The position numbers and the translations under genes were made by a program. From Macrostomum lignano (lineage: Eukaryota): 64,000 nucleotides of DNA. Below are positions 11,201 to 29,191 of this stretch, piece after piece. Every line of letters starts with the position of its first letter. Position 1 is the first letter of the stretch. Location: positions 62,001 to 126,000 of the forward strand of contig NIVC01001856.1 of the NCBI GenBank assembly GCA_002269645.1. Direction: 5' to 3'. A model generated the notes under the pieces. That model saw only the letters and a program-made list of their open reading frames with translations, was not told where the DNA came from and searched no databases.

Positions 11201-12461
11201 GCTTTGGGAGGGAATCTCTCACTAGCTTTGGGAGGGAATCTCTCACCAGCTCAGAGAGGGAATCTCTCACCGGCTCAGGGAGGGAATCTCTCACTAGCTT
11301 TGGGAGGGAATCTCTCACTAGCTTTGGGAGGGAATCTCTCACCGGCTCAGGGAGGTAATCTCTCACTAGCTTTGGGAGGGAATCTCTCACCGGCTCAGGG
11401 AGGTAATCTCTCACTAGCTTTGGGAGGGAATCTCTCACCGGCTCAGGGAGGGAATCTCTCACTAGCTTTGGGAGGGAATCTCTCACCGGCTCAGGGAGGG
11501 AATCTCTCACCAGCTTATAGTTGAAATTTCTCTTTCTTTAATTAGAACATACACTATACACATTAGCTGTAAATCATGGAGTTCTTATTCCCGCCAACGA
11601 CGGCAGGGCCACTGGAGGTGACACGGACCGCGATGCCCGCTACATCGCCCCGACTGTGTACACCAACGTGCGCGCCGATGACGCCCTGATGCGCGAGGAG
11701 ATTTTCGGCCCGCTGATGCCAATTATGCCAGTTAGCGGAGTCGAAGAGGCTGTGTACTTCATCAACAAATGCGAGAAGCCGCTGGCTATTTATGTTTTTA
11801 CTCACGACGGCAGCGTGAAACGGCGCTTCGAGGAGCAGACAAGCTCAGGGGCGTTGGTCTTTAACGACGTGGTCATCCACGCCGGCATGGAGACCCTGCC
11901 GTTTGGCGGCGTCGGGCACAGCGGCATGGGCAAGTATCACGGAAGGTGAGCCGATTTTTTGCTTAGCCATACGGTATAGTTGGGTATGTGGTTCACGGAT
12001 AGGATATCTGATTCACGGGTAGGTTATCTGGCTCACGGATCAAACAGCTGACTCACAGGTATATGTTTCACGAACTGTTTGTATATGATATGTATATGAT
12101 TCACGGTTTTTTATATGATTCACGGGTAGGGTATATGATTGACGAATTGGGTATATGATTAACGTGTTGATTACCTGGTTGATATATTACCTTGATTTAC
12201 TTTAAAAGTTCTCCCATAATCTAAGTGCATTAGAGACAGGGTGCTCTCAGTCAGTACTTATAAACCAGTCACGCTTTCCCCAGGTTCACATTTGACACAT
12301 TCTCGCACCAGCGGGCCCTGCTGTACAAGAGCTCCTCGGCCACTTCCGAGATGGTCAACAACAAATTTCGCTATCCGCCGTACAATGATAGCAAACTGGC
12401 CTGGGTGAACTGGGCTCTGAGCAGCTCGGTGAAGAAGGGATCCACCTGTGTGCTCATGTGA
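8237..12461 (+). CDS. ALDH3: Aldehyde dehydrogenase family 3 (fatty aldehyde dehydrogenase-like), 508 aa, C-terminal CaaX
   Basis: Exons 8237-9013, 9605-9837, 11607-11945 and 12284-12461 (1527 nt, phases consistent). Motifs GAWNYP, FYTGSSRVG, TLELGGKSP, WGKFLNAGQTCIAPDY (catalytic Cys), EEIFGPL, LPFGGVGHSGMGKYHG. Ends CVLM*. Confidence 0.96.
9001..9585 (+). repeat. 21-bp tandem repeat derived from the ALDH3 exon 1/intron 1 junction
   Basis: Unit GATCTGGGCCAG|GTGAGATGG matches the exon end GATTTGGGCCAG plus the donor GTGAGA. Confidence 0.9.
10155..11515. repeat. 24-bp minisatellite with two alternating variants in ALDH3 intron 2
   Basis: Units AGGGAATCTCTCACCGGCTCAGGG and AGGGAATCTCTCACTAGCTTTGGG, about 56 copies. 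Confidence 0.95.
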
Positions 12462-12709
12462 GCATGCAAGCTCTGTTTTCAGTTGGTTTTCGGGCTAACA
12501 ACTATCTGCCATTATTTTATGTATATCTTTATCCCATCAAGCTTGCTCTGTAAATTCACATTAACCCCTATCTCCTCTTATTTTTTGAAAGACAGCCGGG
12601 TTGTGAGCTTTTTAAACTTTTATTTTTTCAAAAAATCTCGAATTATCCTGCCGCTAATTTAGAGTGCTTTTTATAGTACTATGCTTAACCAATATTTTGC
12701 CTGTAACAC

Positions 12710-13230
12710 AGATATAACACAGATACTAGATGTCACTCGCAATTAAAGTTGTGAAAAGCAAAGCGTCTACTCTTTTTGAGTAATATATCTGCGCAATGTC
12801 ACTTAAATTTAATGTGGCAGCTAAAAATTGTTTTTCTTCCTCGGAGTTTGTTATCTCAGGAGCATATGTGGTTAAGAATCAATAAGCATTTAATTCGATG
12901 TACACAAGTGAACGCAAGACGGACAAAACTTAGCCTAGCCAATCTGGCTCAGCCAATGAGAGAGCAGTAAGGAGAGAGGTCAAAGTCAGACGAACAAAAC
13001 TCTAGGGAGCAGGGCCCAATCTGGCTCAGCCAATGAGAGAGCAGTAAGGAGAGAGGTCAAAGTCAGACGGACAAAACTCAGTCTAGGGAGAGAGCAGTGA
13101 GACAAGAGGAAAACCAAACTGTTTATCGGCCTTGCTGGGGCTGGGACCTCTAAAACGCTAATTTACTACTGAAAAAGAGTAAATGAGCGCGTTTTTTGCG
13201 AGTGACATCTTGTTATTTTAGTATCTGTTG
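12710..13230. mobile_element. Probable MITE / non-autonomous DNA transposon with imperfect terminal inverted repeats
   Basis: AGATGTCACTCGCAA (12728-12742) is inverted as TTGCGAGTGACATCT (13196-13210). Flanking AGATACT and TACTCTTTTT motifs are also mirrored. There is an internal ~75-bp duplication with CCAAT boxes. No TSD was identified. Confidence 0.55.
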
Positions 13231-14029
13231 GTGTATATTAAAAAATCTTACAATAGTCAATAAATTATTATTATTATACCATTATTATTCATTAATTGTT
13301 TTCATTAAACTGTTTCGCTTCATTTCAAAGAATTTCGTTACTAAGTAGGAGCTGGGAATTCGGTAGAAATTTAGATTTGTTAGACATTTACAGACTACTT
13401 TAAGTAGCTTATAGTATTGTCACATGGACGGAAATCCTGTTTAGAAGTTCTATAACAACATTAATCGTGTTTAAGATTTAGGACACTTGCTTTTGCGTTT
13501 TTATCTCGCTGTTGTGTCTGATGTAATTATTAATTTTTTTTGTTTTCTTCTGCGCGATATTTTTTACGTAAAATTTGCAGCTTCCTACCCTTAAATCTAC
13601 GAGCATATATACTACCCTCATAATATCTGTATATACGAGTAATATTAGTTTTTATTGAAAACTATAAGACTGGCCGCTGTGCCCTATGGCTATACAATGC
13701 TGGTGCCTGCTATTGACGTATTTTTCTATTGGCCAATTTATAATTTTGTTCACTTTTAAAAAAATTGAATTTCTTACTATATCTACCGTTTAAATATTGC
13801 TTTTCTGGCTCCGCAAAATATACTAATTATTATAACTTTACCGCTTTTAAACGCTTTTAAATCTCAATAACTTTTGGTCTTTAAAAATTATTTTTCAAAG
13901 ATTTCAATACTCAGGCTTTAGAAAAAGCCTTCTAAATTAGATATTTTCGCTATAAAATTGTGTAGTGATCATGCACCAGGCTTTTTGTAATGATCTCTTA
14001 TTGTGGTCAAACCTTGGCATCACGATCCC

Positions 14030-15045
14030 TTAACTTTCACCAGTGACCCAGCGATGATCCCCTCTGAGACTCATGACCGCCAAATAATCTCCACTGTGAC
14101 TTATGACCACCCGATGATCCCCATGACCACCCGATGATCCCCATTACCACCCGATGAACCCCATGATTACCCGATGATCCCCATGATCACCCGATGATCC
14201 CCATGACCACCCGATGATCCCCATGACCACCCGATGATCCCCTCTGAGACCCATGACCACCCGATGATCTCCACTGTGACCCATGACCACCCGATTGTGC
14301 CCACTGTGACCCATGATCACCCGATGATGCCCACTGTGACCCATGACCGCCTGATGATCCCCATTGCGACCCATGACCACCCGATGATCCCCACTATGGC
14401 CCATGACCATCCGATGATCCCCATAACTACCCGATGATCCCAATGACAACCCGATGATCCCCACGACCACCCGATGATCCCCACTGTGACCCATGACCAC
14501 CCGATGATCCCAATGACCACCTGATGATCCCCATGACCACCCGATGATCCCCATGACCACCCGATGATCTCCATGACCACCCGATGACCCCCATGACCAC
14601 CCGATGATCCCACGACCACCCGATGATCCCCACTGTGACCTATGATCACCGGATGATCCCCATTACCACCCGATGATCCCCATGATTACCCGATGACCCC
14701 CATGACCACCAGATGATCCCACGACCACCCGATGATTCCCATAACCACCCGATGATCCCCATGACCACCCGATGATCCCCACTGTAATCCATGACCATCC
14801 AATGACCCCCACTGTGACCCATGAGCACCGGATGATCCCCATTACCACCCGATGATCCCCATGATTACCCGATGACCCCCATGACCACCCGATGATCTCA
14901 CGACCACCCGATGATCCCCATGACCACCCGATGATCCCCACTGTGATCCATGACCATCCAATGACCCCCACTGTGACCCATGAGCACCGGATGATCCACA
15001 TTACCACCCGATGATCCCCACTGTGATCCATGACCACCCGAAGCC
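14030..15045. repeat. 20-bp (with 29-bp variant) minisatellite upstream of AGGF1
   Basis: Unit CCATGACCACCCGATGATCC. Confidence 0.95.
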
Positions 15046-15146
15046 CATTTCTATCCCTCATTTCAGTCCCAGTCTGTTCGCAGCTCAACCCAATGAAGCC
15101 TTAGCGAGTCGAACAATTTTCCGCCAGAAAACTGGCCTCTGCTGCC

Positions 15147-15738
15147 ATGTCAGGTGATGATGAAGAGGCGGACCAGCCGCCGCAGCAGCAGCAGCAGCAG
15201 GCAACCGTAGGTTTGTCTTCCAACGTGTGCAGCTGCGCCGAGCTGGCAATCAGCAATCGGCAGCTGCGAACGCGCTGCGAGCAACTGGAAGCAGAGGTCG
15301 CCAATCTGCGGGAGCAGCTGGCAGCCGCTTTGGCCGCCACAGGCGTTGCCGCCGAAGACAAGCAGAGGCGGGCCAGTAGCTCAGCGTTCAACCGTCCGGA
15401 TGCTGAAGAAGATGGCGAGCTCAGTGTTGAAGACATTCTCCGGTCCACTGCTCAGGAGATGGCCAGGGAGGCCGCCGCCGCCACGGCCGCCGAGCCCGCC
15501 GCCGGGTCGTCCATCGAAGCTGATTTGAAAGCCGCCGCCGAGGAGGCACTCGGCAGTCAGGGCTACGTGTACGATGAGCGGACTGGTCTGTATTATGACA
15601 CGGCTAGCGGATACTACTATGACCCTGTGAGTAGTATAGTGCCTGACTGCTGCCCACTCCTTGCTTTGCTACCATCTGTTAAATACTTTCTGTCTATACC
15701 TGCCCGTCTGCCTGTCTGTCTGTCCGTCTCTGTATGTC

Positions 15739-15815
<77 letters not shown>

Positions 15816-15840
15816 GTGTCTGTCTGTCTGTCTGTCTTAG

Positions 15841-15905
<65 letters not shown>

Positions 15906-16004
15906 GCCTGCCTTCCTGTCTGTGTGTGTGTCTGTCTGTCTGTCTGTCTGTCTGTCTTTCTGTCTGTATGTCTGTGTGTCTGTGTGTGTGTCTGTCTGTC
16001 TGTG

Positions 16005-16041
<37 letters not shown>

Positions 16042-16064
16042 GCCTGCCTTCCTGTCTGTGTGTG

Positions 16065-16125
<61 letters not shown>

Positions 16126-16152
16126 GCCTGCCTGCCTTTCTGTCTGTGTGTG

Positions 16153-16183
<31 letters not shown>

Positions 16184-16224
16184 ATGTCTGTCTGTATGTC
16201 TGTCTGTCTGTCTGTCTGTGTGTG

Positions 16225-16277
<53 letters not shown>

Positions 16278-16304
16278 TAGTGTCTGTCTGTCTGTCTGTC
16301 TTAG

Positions 16305-16361
<57 letters not shown>

Positions 16362-16364
16362 TAG

Positions 16365-16399
<35 letters not shown>

Positions 16400-18703
16400 G
16401 TGTCTGTCTGTCTGTCTGCCTGTCTCTGTCTTGTGTCTGTCTTGTGTCTGTCTGTCTGTCTGTCTGCCTGCCTTCCTGTCTGTGTGTGTGTCTGTCTGTC
16501 TGTCTGTCCGTCTGTCTGTCTGTCTGTCCGTCTGTCTGTCTTTCCGTCTGTCTGTCTGTCCGTCTGTCTGTCTGTCTGTCCGTCTGTGTGTCTGTCTGTC
16601 CGTCTGTCTGTCTGTCCGTCTGTCTATCTTTCGGCCTGCCGTTCACTTTTTTAATCATTAATGCGCTTTACAAGAGTTCAAAGGTAAAAGTCAGTTCGAC
16701 CAAAATGTTTTTAAAACCCTGCAACCTACCGCGCGCGCACCTTCAGACGGAGCAGCTGTTCTACAACAGCAGCACGGGGGTGTACTACACCTATGACAGC
16801 GCCAGTCAGCAGTACGTGTTCCACTCGCGCGTAGCCTTGTCGGAGCTGCGCCAGCGAGCGGAACTGATGGCCGTCATGAGCGGCCTTCAGCACCGGCCTC
16901 CTGAGCCTGCGGGCAAGCGCAGAGCTGCTGCACCGGTGAGCGAGTACCTGTCTGTGTCAGTGATGCTGTCATAGAGCCCTGCTGTGTCAGTGATGCTGTT
17001 GTGGAGCCTGTCTGTGTCAGTGATGCTGTCATAGAGCCCTGCTGTGTCAGTGATGCTGTCATAAAGCCCTGCTGTGTCAGTGATGCTGTCATGGAGCCTG
17101 TCTGTGTCAGTGATGCTGTCGTGGAGCCTGTCCGTGTCAGTGATGCTGTCATAGAGCCTGTCTGCGTCATTTATACTGTCAGGTAGTCAGTCTGTCAACG
17201 ATGCTGTCAGGTAGTCAGTCTGTCAACGATGCTGTCAGGTAGTCAGTCTGTCAGCGATGCTGTCAGGTAGTCAGTCTGTCAGCGATGCTGTCAGGTAGTC
17301 AGACTGTCAGCGATGCTGTCAGGTAGTCAGTCTGTCAGCGATGCTGTCAGGTAGTCAGTCTGTCAGCGATGCTGTCAGGTAGTCAGTCTGTCAGCGATGC
17401 TGTCAGGTAGTCTGTCATCCGGAAGCAACACCCAAAATTCCAGGCGGAGCGATCCCGAAGTCGCGAGCGGCACCTGGTCTCGGGCAGAAGGCGAAAACGC
17501 AAATTGGATTCCCACAGCAAATCGAAAACAAAGAGTAAACGGCGAAACACTGACGAAGATGGCGGACAGGAAAACGGCGATGGAGACAACGGGGAGGCTG
17601 GAGCCGCTGACTCCTCGGTCGGCTCCGAGGACCGGCGCTCAGATTCCAGCCGCAAGAAGAAGCCATCTAAGAAAGAGAAAAAAGTCAAAAAGGAGAAGAA
17701 AAAGAAGAAGACTTTAAAAAGCAAGCGACGGAAGCGACGCGATAGCGAAACTGACGTGGCGGAGGCTGGAGCAGCTGATGAGGCGGGCGACGCTGAGGAC
17801 CCCTACCCGCCCTGCATTCGCATGCTGGTGCTGGAGTCGCCCAGCCTGCCAGTCGGCTCGCTGCACATCGTCACCCACGACGGCGCCACTGTTGGCCGCG
17901 ACCCGGCCGCCCTGCCCACCCTGCTGCTGGCTGGCGACGCCTCGGTGAGCAAGCTGCACTGCCGGATCGAGTACAGCCGGCCGGACAGGCACTTCCAGGC
18001 GGTGGACATGGCCAGCCACACCGGCACGCTGATCGGCGGCCGGCCAATCAGTGACCGGCGCGAGATCAGCCGGCCTGCGGCTCTGCTGCACGGCTGCCGG
18101 CTGCGGATCGGCGCCACCGAGTTTCTCTGCCATATTCACCGGTACCCCGGTGAGGCCACTTGTTCCAGGTGCGAGCCCGGTCTTATACAGCGGCCGCAGT
18201 CGCCCGTCGCCGATGATTCGCCGAGCAGCGCCCCGGATCGGTGAGCCCAGCTGCGCCAGTTGAAGGCCAAGCACGGCCTCCTGGCGCCGGCAACTGGCGC
18301 GGCCGCCGCGGCGCCTCCGGGCTACGCGGACCGGGCCGCGGCTCGCAGGCGCGAGTTCGGCCTCGACGACGACTCGAGGCAGCTGGAATCAGGCGGCCGG
18401 CCGGTTGAACGTCAACAGGCTGCTGCGGCCTCCGTCGATGTGGCGCTGCACGAGCGGGAGGAGTCGAACCCGGGAGTCCGCCTGCTGGCCAGGATGGGCT
18501 GGCGGCCGGGCGACGGAGTCGGCGTCGGCGAACGGGCCGAGCGGAGTCTGCGGGAGCCGCTGGGCGCCGCGCCGCGCCTGTCGGAGCGGGCCGGACTCGG
18601 CTCCGAGCTCGGCCGGGCAGCGTCGAACGTCGACGCCGAGGCTGATCGGCGGCGTGCTCGAGTTGCCATGGTGACGCGTGAGCGATACGATCGGATTGGA
18701 TAG
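15147..18703 (+). CDS. AGGF1: Angiogenic factor with G-patch and FHA domains 1 (coiled coil, OCRE, FHA, G-patch); in-frame TGA at 18242-18244
   Basis: Exons 15147-15626, 16747-16935 and 17444-18703, all phase 0. [26 protein letters not shown]|TEQLFYN, FHA VGRD...[10 protein letters not shown]...DMASHTGT, G-patch [19 protein letters not shown]. The FHA and G-patch ORFs are in the same frame, separated by one TGA. Confidence 0.9.
15705..16630. repeat. (TCTG)n microsatellite in AGGF1 intron 1
   Basis: Long imperfect TCTG run. The SVCL/DRQT ORFs are artefacts. Confidence 0.97.
16950..17420. repeat. Two related 28-30-bp minisatellites in AGGF1 intron 2
   Basis: GTCAGTGATGCTGTCATAGAGCCCTGCTGT followed by GTCAGCGATGCTGTCAGGTAGTCAGTCT units. 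Confidence 0.92.
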
Positions 18704-18799
18704 CTTCGCTGAGTTATTGTAATATATTTATGCTCTGCTTCACTGATTTCTGCTAGCTTTTCACCTCGGCTCCGTACAGCAATCCGACCTCTGCTCCGT

Positions 18800-19860
18800 C
18801 ATCAGTGACCCACTATTCCGAAATCAGTGACCCACTATTCCGACATAAGTGATCCACTATTCCGACACCAGTGACCCACTCACTATTCCAACATCAGTGA
18901 CCCACTATTCCGACATCAGTGACCCACTATTCCGACATCAGTGACCCACTCACTATTCCGACATCAGTGACCCACTCACTATTCCGACATCAGTGACCCA
19001 CTCACTATTCCGACATCAGTGACCCACTCACTATTCCGACATCAGTGACCCTCTATTCCGACATCAGTTGACCCACTATTCCGACATCAGTGACCCACTA
19101 TTCCGAAATCAGTGACCCACTATTCCGACATCAGTGACCCACTCACTATTCCGACATCAGTGACCCACTCACTATTCCGACATCAGTGACCCACTATTCC
19201 GCCATCAGTGACCCACTATTCCGACATCAGTGACCCACTCACTATTCCGACATCAGTGACCCACTCACTATTCCGACATCAGTGACCCACTCACTATTCC
19301 GACATCAGTGACCCACTCACTATTCCGACATCAGTGACCCACTCACTATTCCGACATCAGTGACCCACTCACTATTCCGACATCAGTGACCCACTCACTA
19401 TTCCGACATCAGTGACCCACTCACTATTCCGACATCAGTGACCCACTCACTATTCCGACATCAGTGACCCACTCACTATTCCGACATCAGTGACTCACTA
19501 TTCCGACATCAGTGACTCACTATTCCGACATCAGTGACCCACTATTCCGACTTCAGTGACCCTTTATTCCGACATCAGTGACCCTCTATTCCGACATCAG
19601 TGACCCTCTATTCCGACTTCAGTGACCCTCTATTCCGACTTCAGTGACCCTCTTTTCCGACTTCAGTGACCCTCTTTTCCGACTTCAGTGGCCCACTATT
19701 CCGAAATCAGTGACCCACTATTCCCAAATCAGTGACCCACTATTCCCAAATCAGTGACCCACTATTCCCAAATCAGTGACCCACTATTCCGACTTCAGTG
19801 GCCCACTATTCCCAAATCAGTGACCCACTATTCCCAAATCAGTGACCCACTATTCCCAAA
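18800..19860. repeat. 22/26-bp minisatellite, array A
   Basis: Unit ACTATTCCGACATCAGTGACCC, with or without ACTC. Confidence 0.95.
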
Positions 19861-20634
19861 GTCTGGTCGGTGCAGTTCGGGCCGAAATTCTAAATCAGTG
19901 CTTCATCATTGCGCTCAACAAAATAATTTTTGAATGCTGGGTTGAAATAAAAAAAAATTGGTTGAACAGGTAGGCCTGCTGTGACAATCTGTGTATTGCT
20001 TTCCTTCCTGTATGATTTTGTCCTTGTCGCTAGTTTTTCATGTAAGTCATTTTTCTCCTTGTCGGATGTGAACGCGAACTGAATTGTTGCAAGAGGTTTT
20101 TTTGCCTATTCGCTTTTTGTTTGGGAAACACTGCTTTAACATTCTAGCCTGTCTGTGCATGTTGTGTTGAAACTCATGAATGTTGAAAATACACGTTGCT
20201 CAATAGAATGCATTTATTACATTTTATAGTAACTGTCCTTGAACTGAAAAACTACTTTAAAATTTGTATGTTTTACATAAATATTTGCGCATTATTTTAC
20301 CGACATAATTCGCAGTGTATACCCATTCAAGCACCTGGGCCTTTCTATGCAGCCCCATCCTTGAGCAGTATTATAATATAAGCGCTCAGTGGCGAGGTGA
20401 AACCAAGGCTGGCTGACTCATGCGCTTTAAAGTATATGTTGCGGCAATGGCTGGGATAAATAAACCGTCAGCTGAATGACTGGAGTTTGCTAAGGAGAAA
20501 TTTTCCTTAATGCTGCTTATTTATGCAGTCTGAGCTTGCTTCACTTTCTTAGGCGAGTGTTTGCCCACTGAACTGCACCATATAAATTGCCATGGGACAT
20601 CAATGTCCTGTCTCAGTGTCCTCACCAATCAATT

Positions 20635-22280
20635 CTATTTCGACATCAGTGAACCTCTATTCCGACATCAGTGACCCTCTATTTCGACATCAGTGACCCT
20701 CTATTTCGACATTAGTGACCCTCTATTCCGACATCAGTGACCCTCTATTTCGACATCAGTGACCCTCTATTCCGACATTAGTGACCCTCTATTTCGACAT
20801 TAGTGAACCTCTATTTCGACATTAGTGACCCTCTATTCCAACATCAGTAACCCTCTATTTCGACATCAGTAACCCTCTATTTCGACATTAGTGACCCTCT
20901 ATTCCGACATCAGTGACCCTCTATTTCGACATCAGTGACCCTCTATTCCGACATTAGTGACCCTCTATTTCGACATTAGTGACCCTCTATTTCGACATTA
21001 GTGACCCTCTATTCCGACATCAGTAACCCTCTATTTCGACATCAGTAACCCTCTATTTCGACATTAGTGACCCTCTATTCCGACATTAGTGACCCTCTAT
21101 TTCGACATCAGTGACCCTCTATTCCGACATCAGTGACCCTCTATTTCGACATCAGTGACCCTCTATTTCGACATCAGTAACCCTCTATTTCGACATCAGT
21201 GACCTTCTATTTCGACATCAGTGACCCTCTATTCCGACATTAGTGACCCTCTATTTCGACATCAGTAACCCTCTATTTCGACATCAGTGACCCTCTATTC
21301 CGACATTAGTGACCCTCTATTTCGACATCAGTAACCCTCTATTTCGACATCAGTGACCCTCTATTCCGACATCAGTGACCCTCTATTCCGACATCAGTGA
21401 CCCTCTATTCCGACATCAGTAACCCTCTATTTCGACATCAGTAACCCTCTATTTCGACATTAGTGACCCTCTATTCCGACATTAGTGACCCTCTATTTCG
21501 ACATCAGTGACCCTCTATTCCGACATCAGTGACCCTCTATTTCGACATCAGTGACCCTCTATTTCGACATCAGTAACCCTCTATTTCGACATCAGTGACC
21601 TTCTATTTCGACATTAGTGACCCTCTATTCCGACATTAGTGACCCTCTATTCCGACATTAGTGACCCTCTATTCCGACATCAGTGACCCTCTATTCTGAC
21701 ATAAGTAACTCACTATTCCGACATCAGTGACCCACTCATTATTCCGATATAAGTGACCCACTCACTATTCCGACATCAGTGACCCACTCATTATTCCGAT
21801 ATCAGTGACCCACTCATTATTCCGATATCAGTGACCCACTCACTATTCCGACATCCGTGACCCACTCATTATTCCGACATCAGTGACCCTCTATTCCGAC
21901 ATCAGTGACCCTCTATTCCGACTTCAGTGACCCTCTATTCCGACATCAGTGACCCACTCATTTTTCCAATATAAGTGACCCACTCATTATTCCGATATAA
22001 GTGACCCACTCACTATTCCGACATCAGTGACCCACTCATTATTCCGATATAAGTGACCCACTCACTATTCCGACATCCGTGACCCACTCATTATTCCGAT
22101 ATCAGTGACCCACTCACTATTCCGACATCAGTGACCCACTCATTATTCCGATATCAGTGACCCTCTATTCCGACATCAGTTACCCTCTATTCCGACATCA
22201 GTGACCCTCTATTCCGACATCAGTGACCCTCTATTCCGACTTCAGTGACCCTCTATTCCGACATCAGTTACCCTCTATTG
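20635..22280. repeat. 22/26-bp minisatellite, array B (same family as array A)
   Basis: Unit TCTATTCCGACATCAGTGACCC and variants. Confidence 0.95.
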
Positions 22281-24052
22281 TTGGCGAAACAATCCTAAAT
22301 TATAAAATTCTGTAATTTAGGATTGTTTCTCGCTGAACTACACCTAGCTATTGACCGCCTTTTGAGCAGCTTATCTCGTCTCACACGGTATCATAGAGTA
22401 GAGATACGAAAGCTTGAATTAAATATCGAATAATGAGGCAGAAAATGCTATGGCTAGCGAAAACTTGAGACTAAAAAGAATGTAAGTCTCCATCTTGCTC
22501 CCGCGAGTCCATTTCTAATCATTAATTATTCAGTCAGATGAGGGTGAACCGGTACGGGGTGAGCAGCTGGCTGCCGCCATCTATCCGAGTGTATATTTCA
22601 TCTCAAGTTTCATACTTTTTCAATTAGCCTCGGCATCGCAGCAGCCGGTCAGAATGCGGATTAGCTTGAGCTAAAGACAAATTCATATTTGCCCTTACCC
22701 AGGGGATCTGGGACGCATGCTGACTGGCAAATCAATCAAGCAACACCGGCTCTCCGGGACTTCAGATTCTAGGATGCAGCTTCCACTGCGTGACAAGCTC
22801 GCTGCTGACAGCTGCAATAAAATCCAATGCGTTTAACTGGCAGAACATTTTTACAGCAGTATTATATGCGCGCAATTTTGCGAAAGATTTCTTAAGCATC
22901 CTCCAATCCGCTGCGGACGATGAAGGAAACAACAAGGGGACTTGTACCTTCCTAATTCCTAACATCTACTGCTCTTGCACTTTCGCCTCCATCGCCTGCA
23001 ATACTTAACTGTTCTAGCGCCAGGTGCATGCTCTGGGATGTGTTGAGCACACTTGAGCTGTTTAACAGGCTGTCAATCAATACGCCGGGAAATTAAGCTA
23101 ACAATTCCAAGATGCGTTTATCTTCTTGCATGCCACGCCAATTTTTATTGCACTCGTAATGACGCGCCCCAGAAACCCACGAGGCATCGGATCTTAGCAT
23201 GCGCTTTTTCTTGCCTAACCAGGGGCAGCCACTGACGTCCGAGCTTATGAATAGTTAATAGGAACTCGAGTTTCTTGTGTATAATAATACAACCTTTGCA
23301 CTTTCAATATGGGGTAAAAGGAACTGGCCAACAAACTCTATTCGTTTGCCTCAGACTCTTGAGCATTTGAAAAGTTTTGCTGTGCACAGACCTCTTGCAT
23401 GCGGGTACTTCTCTCCTTCAAGGGTCAAGAGCTGCTCTGTGTGTCCACGAACTGCGCTCCTTGTCAATCCTAATGTCTTCACCGGGCCGCTTCCGGGAGC
23501 GGAAAAGCTTCTTTAAGTTTCGCTTCGCTTCAGTTCAGTTTCAGAAGGGCCTTATCAAGCCGGCGCAGTCCCGCCATTTCGCTTCATTGCGTGCGCGGCT
23601 CGGGGCGTGCAGAAAGCTGCTGGCATAATGAGGCTGAGCAGTGGACTGCTAGGCCAGGCGGAGTCCGTTAAACTTCAACTTGGAATAAAACTAGTTTAGC
23701 TCAGGCTTTGGAGTTGAGAAGCTGCGCCTGTCTACTCAAATAATAGTTTTTTTTGTTTGCGATGTTACTCAGTTGAACACTTGTGAGCACTTGCTCAAAC
23801 TCAATTAATACGCTGTTAAGAATACATGCACTGTATTAAGTCATATTATACTTTACTAAAAGCAACACAATAGCGAGAGTAAGTTTATTTTAGTTCAACA
23901 GTCAGGGTGTAAATTAAGTAGGGCGCAGCAGAGACAGCAATACTTTCATCAGCTGCTCATGTGGGTTTTAAAATGTTTTGTTAAAGTTTCCAGTACCCAG
24001 CAATCTCAAGTAAGATTCATTCAGCCTCAGCAACAATGCGTATTTCATGGCT

Positions 24053-29121
<5,069 letters not shown>

Positions 29122-29191
29122 TCCTTGTGCTCTTTTACCTTGGGGTTGCGATAGGGGCCTCGCGGCCTATTCGCGGCGCCTGCGCCCCCCG

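Noticed and set aside
10173-11524. 434- and 445-aa ORFs on opposite strands
   Set aside because: Stop-free 24-bp repeat inside a phase-consistent ALDH3 intron.
15627-16746. Long SVCL/DRQT ORFs
   Set aside because: (TCTG)n microsatellite in AGGF1 intron 1. The same applies to 37868-38577 and 61665-62226.
22700-23700. Short ORFs in a moderately GC-rich stretch downstream of the channel
   Set aside because: No recognisable motif or consistent splice structure.
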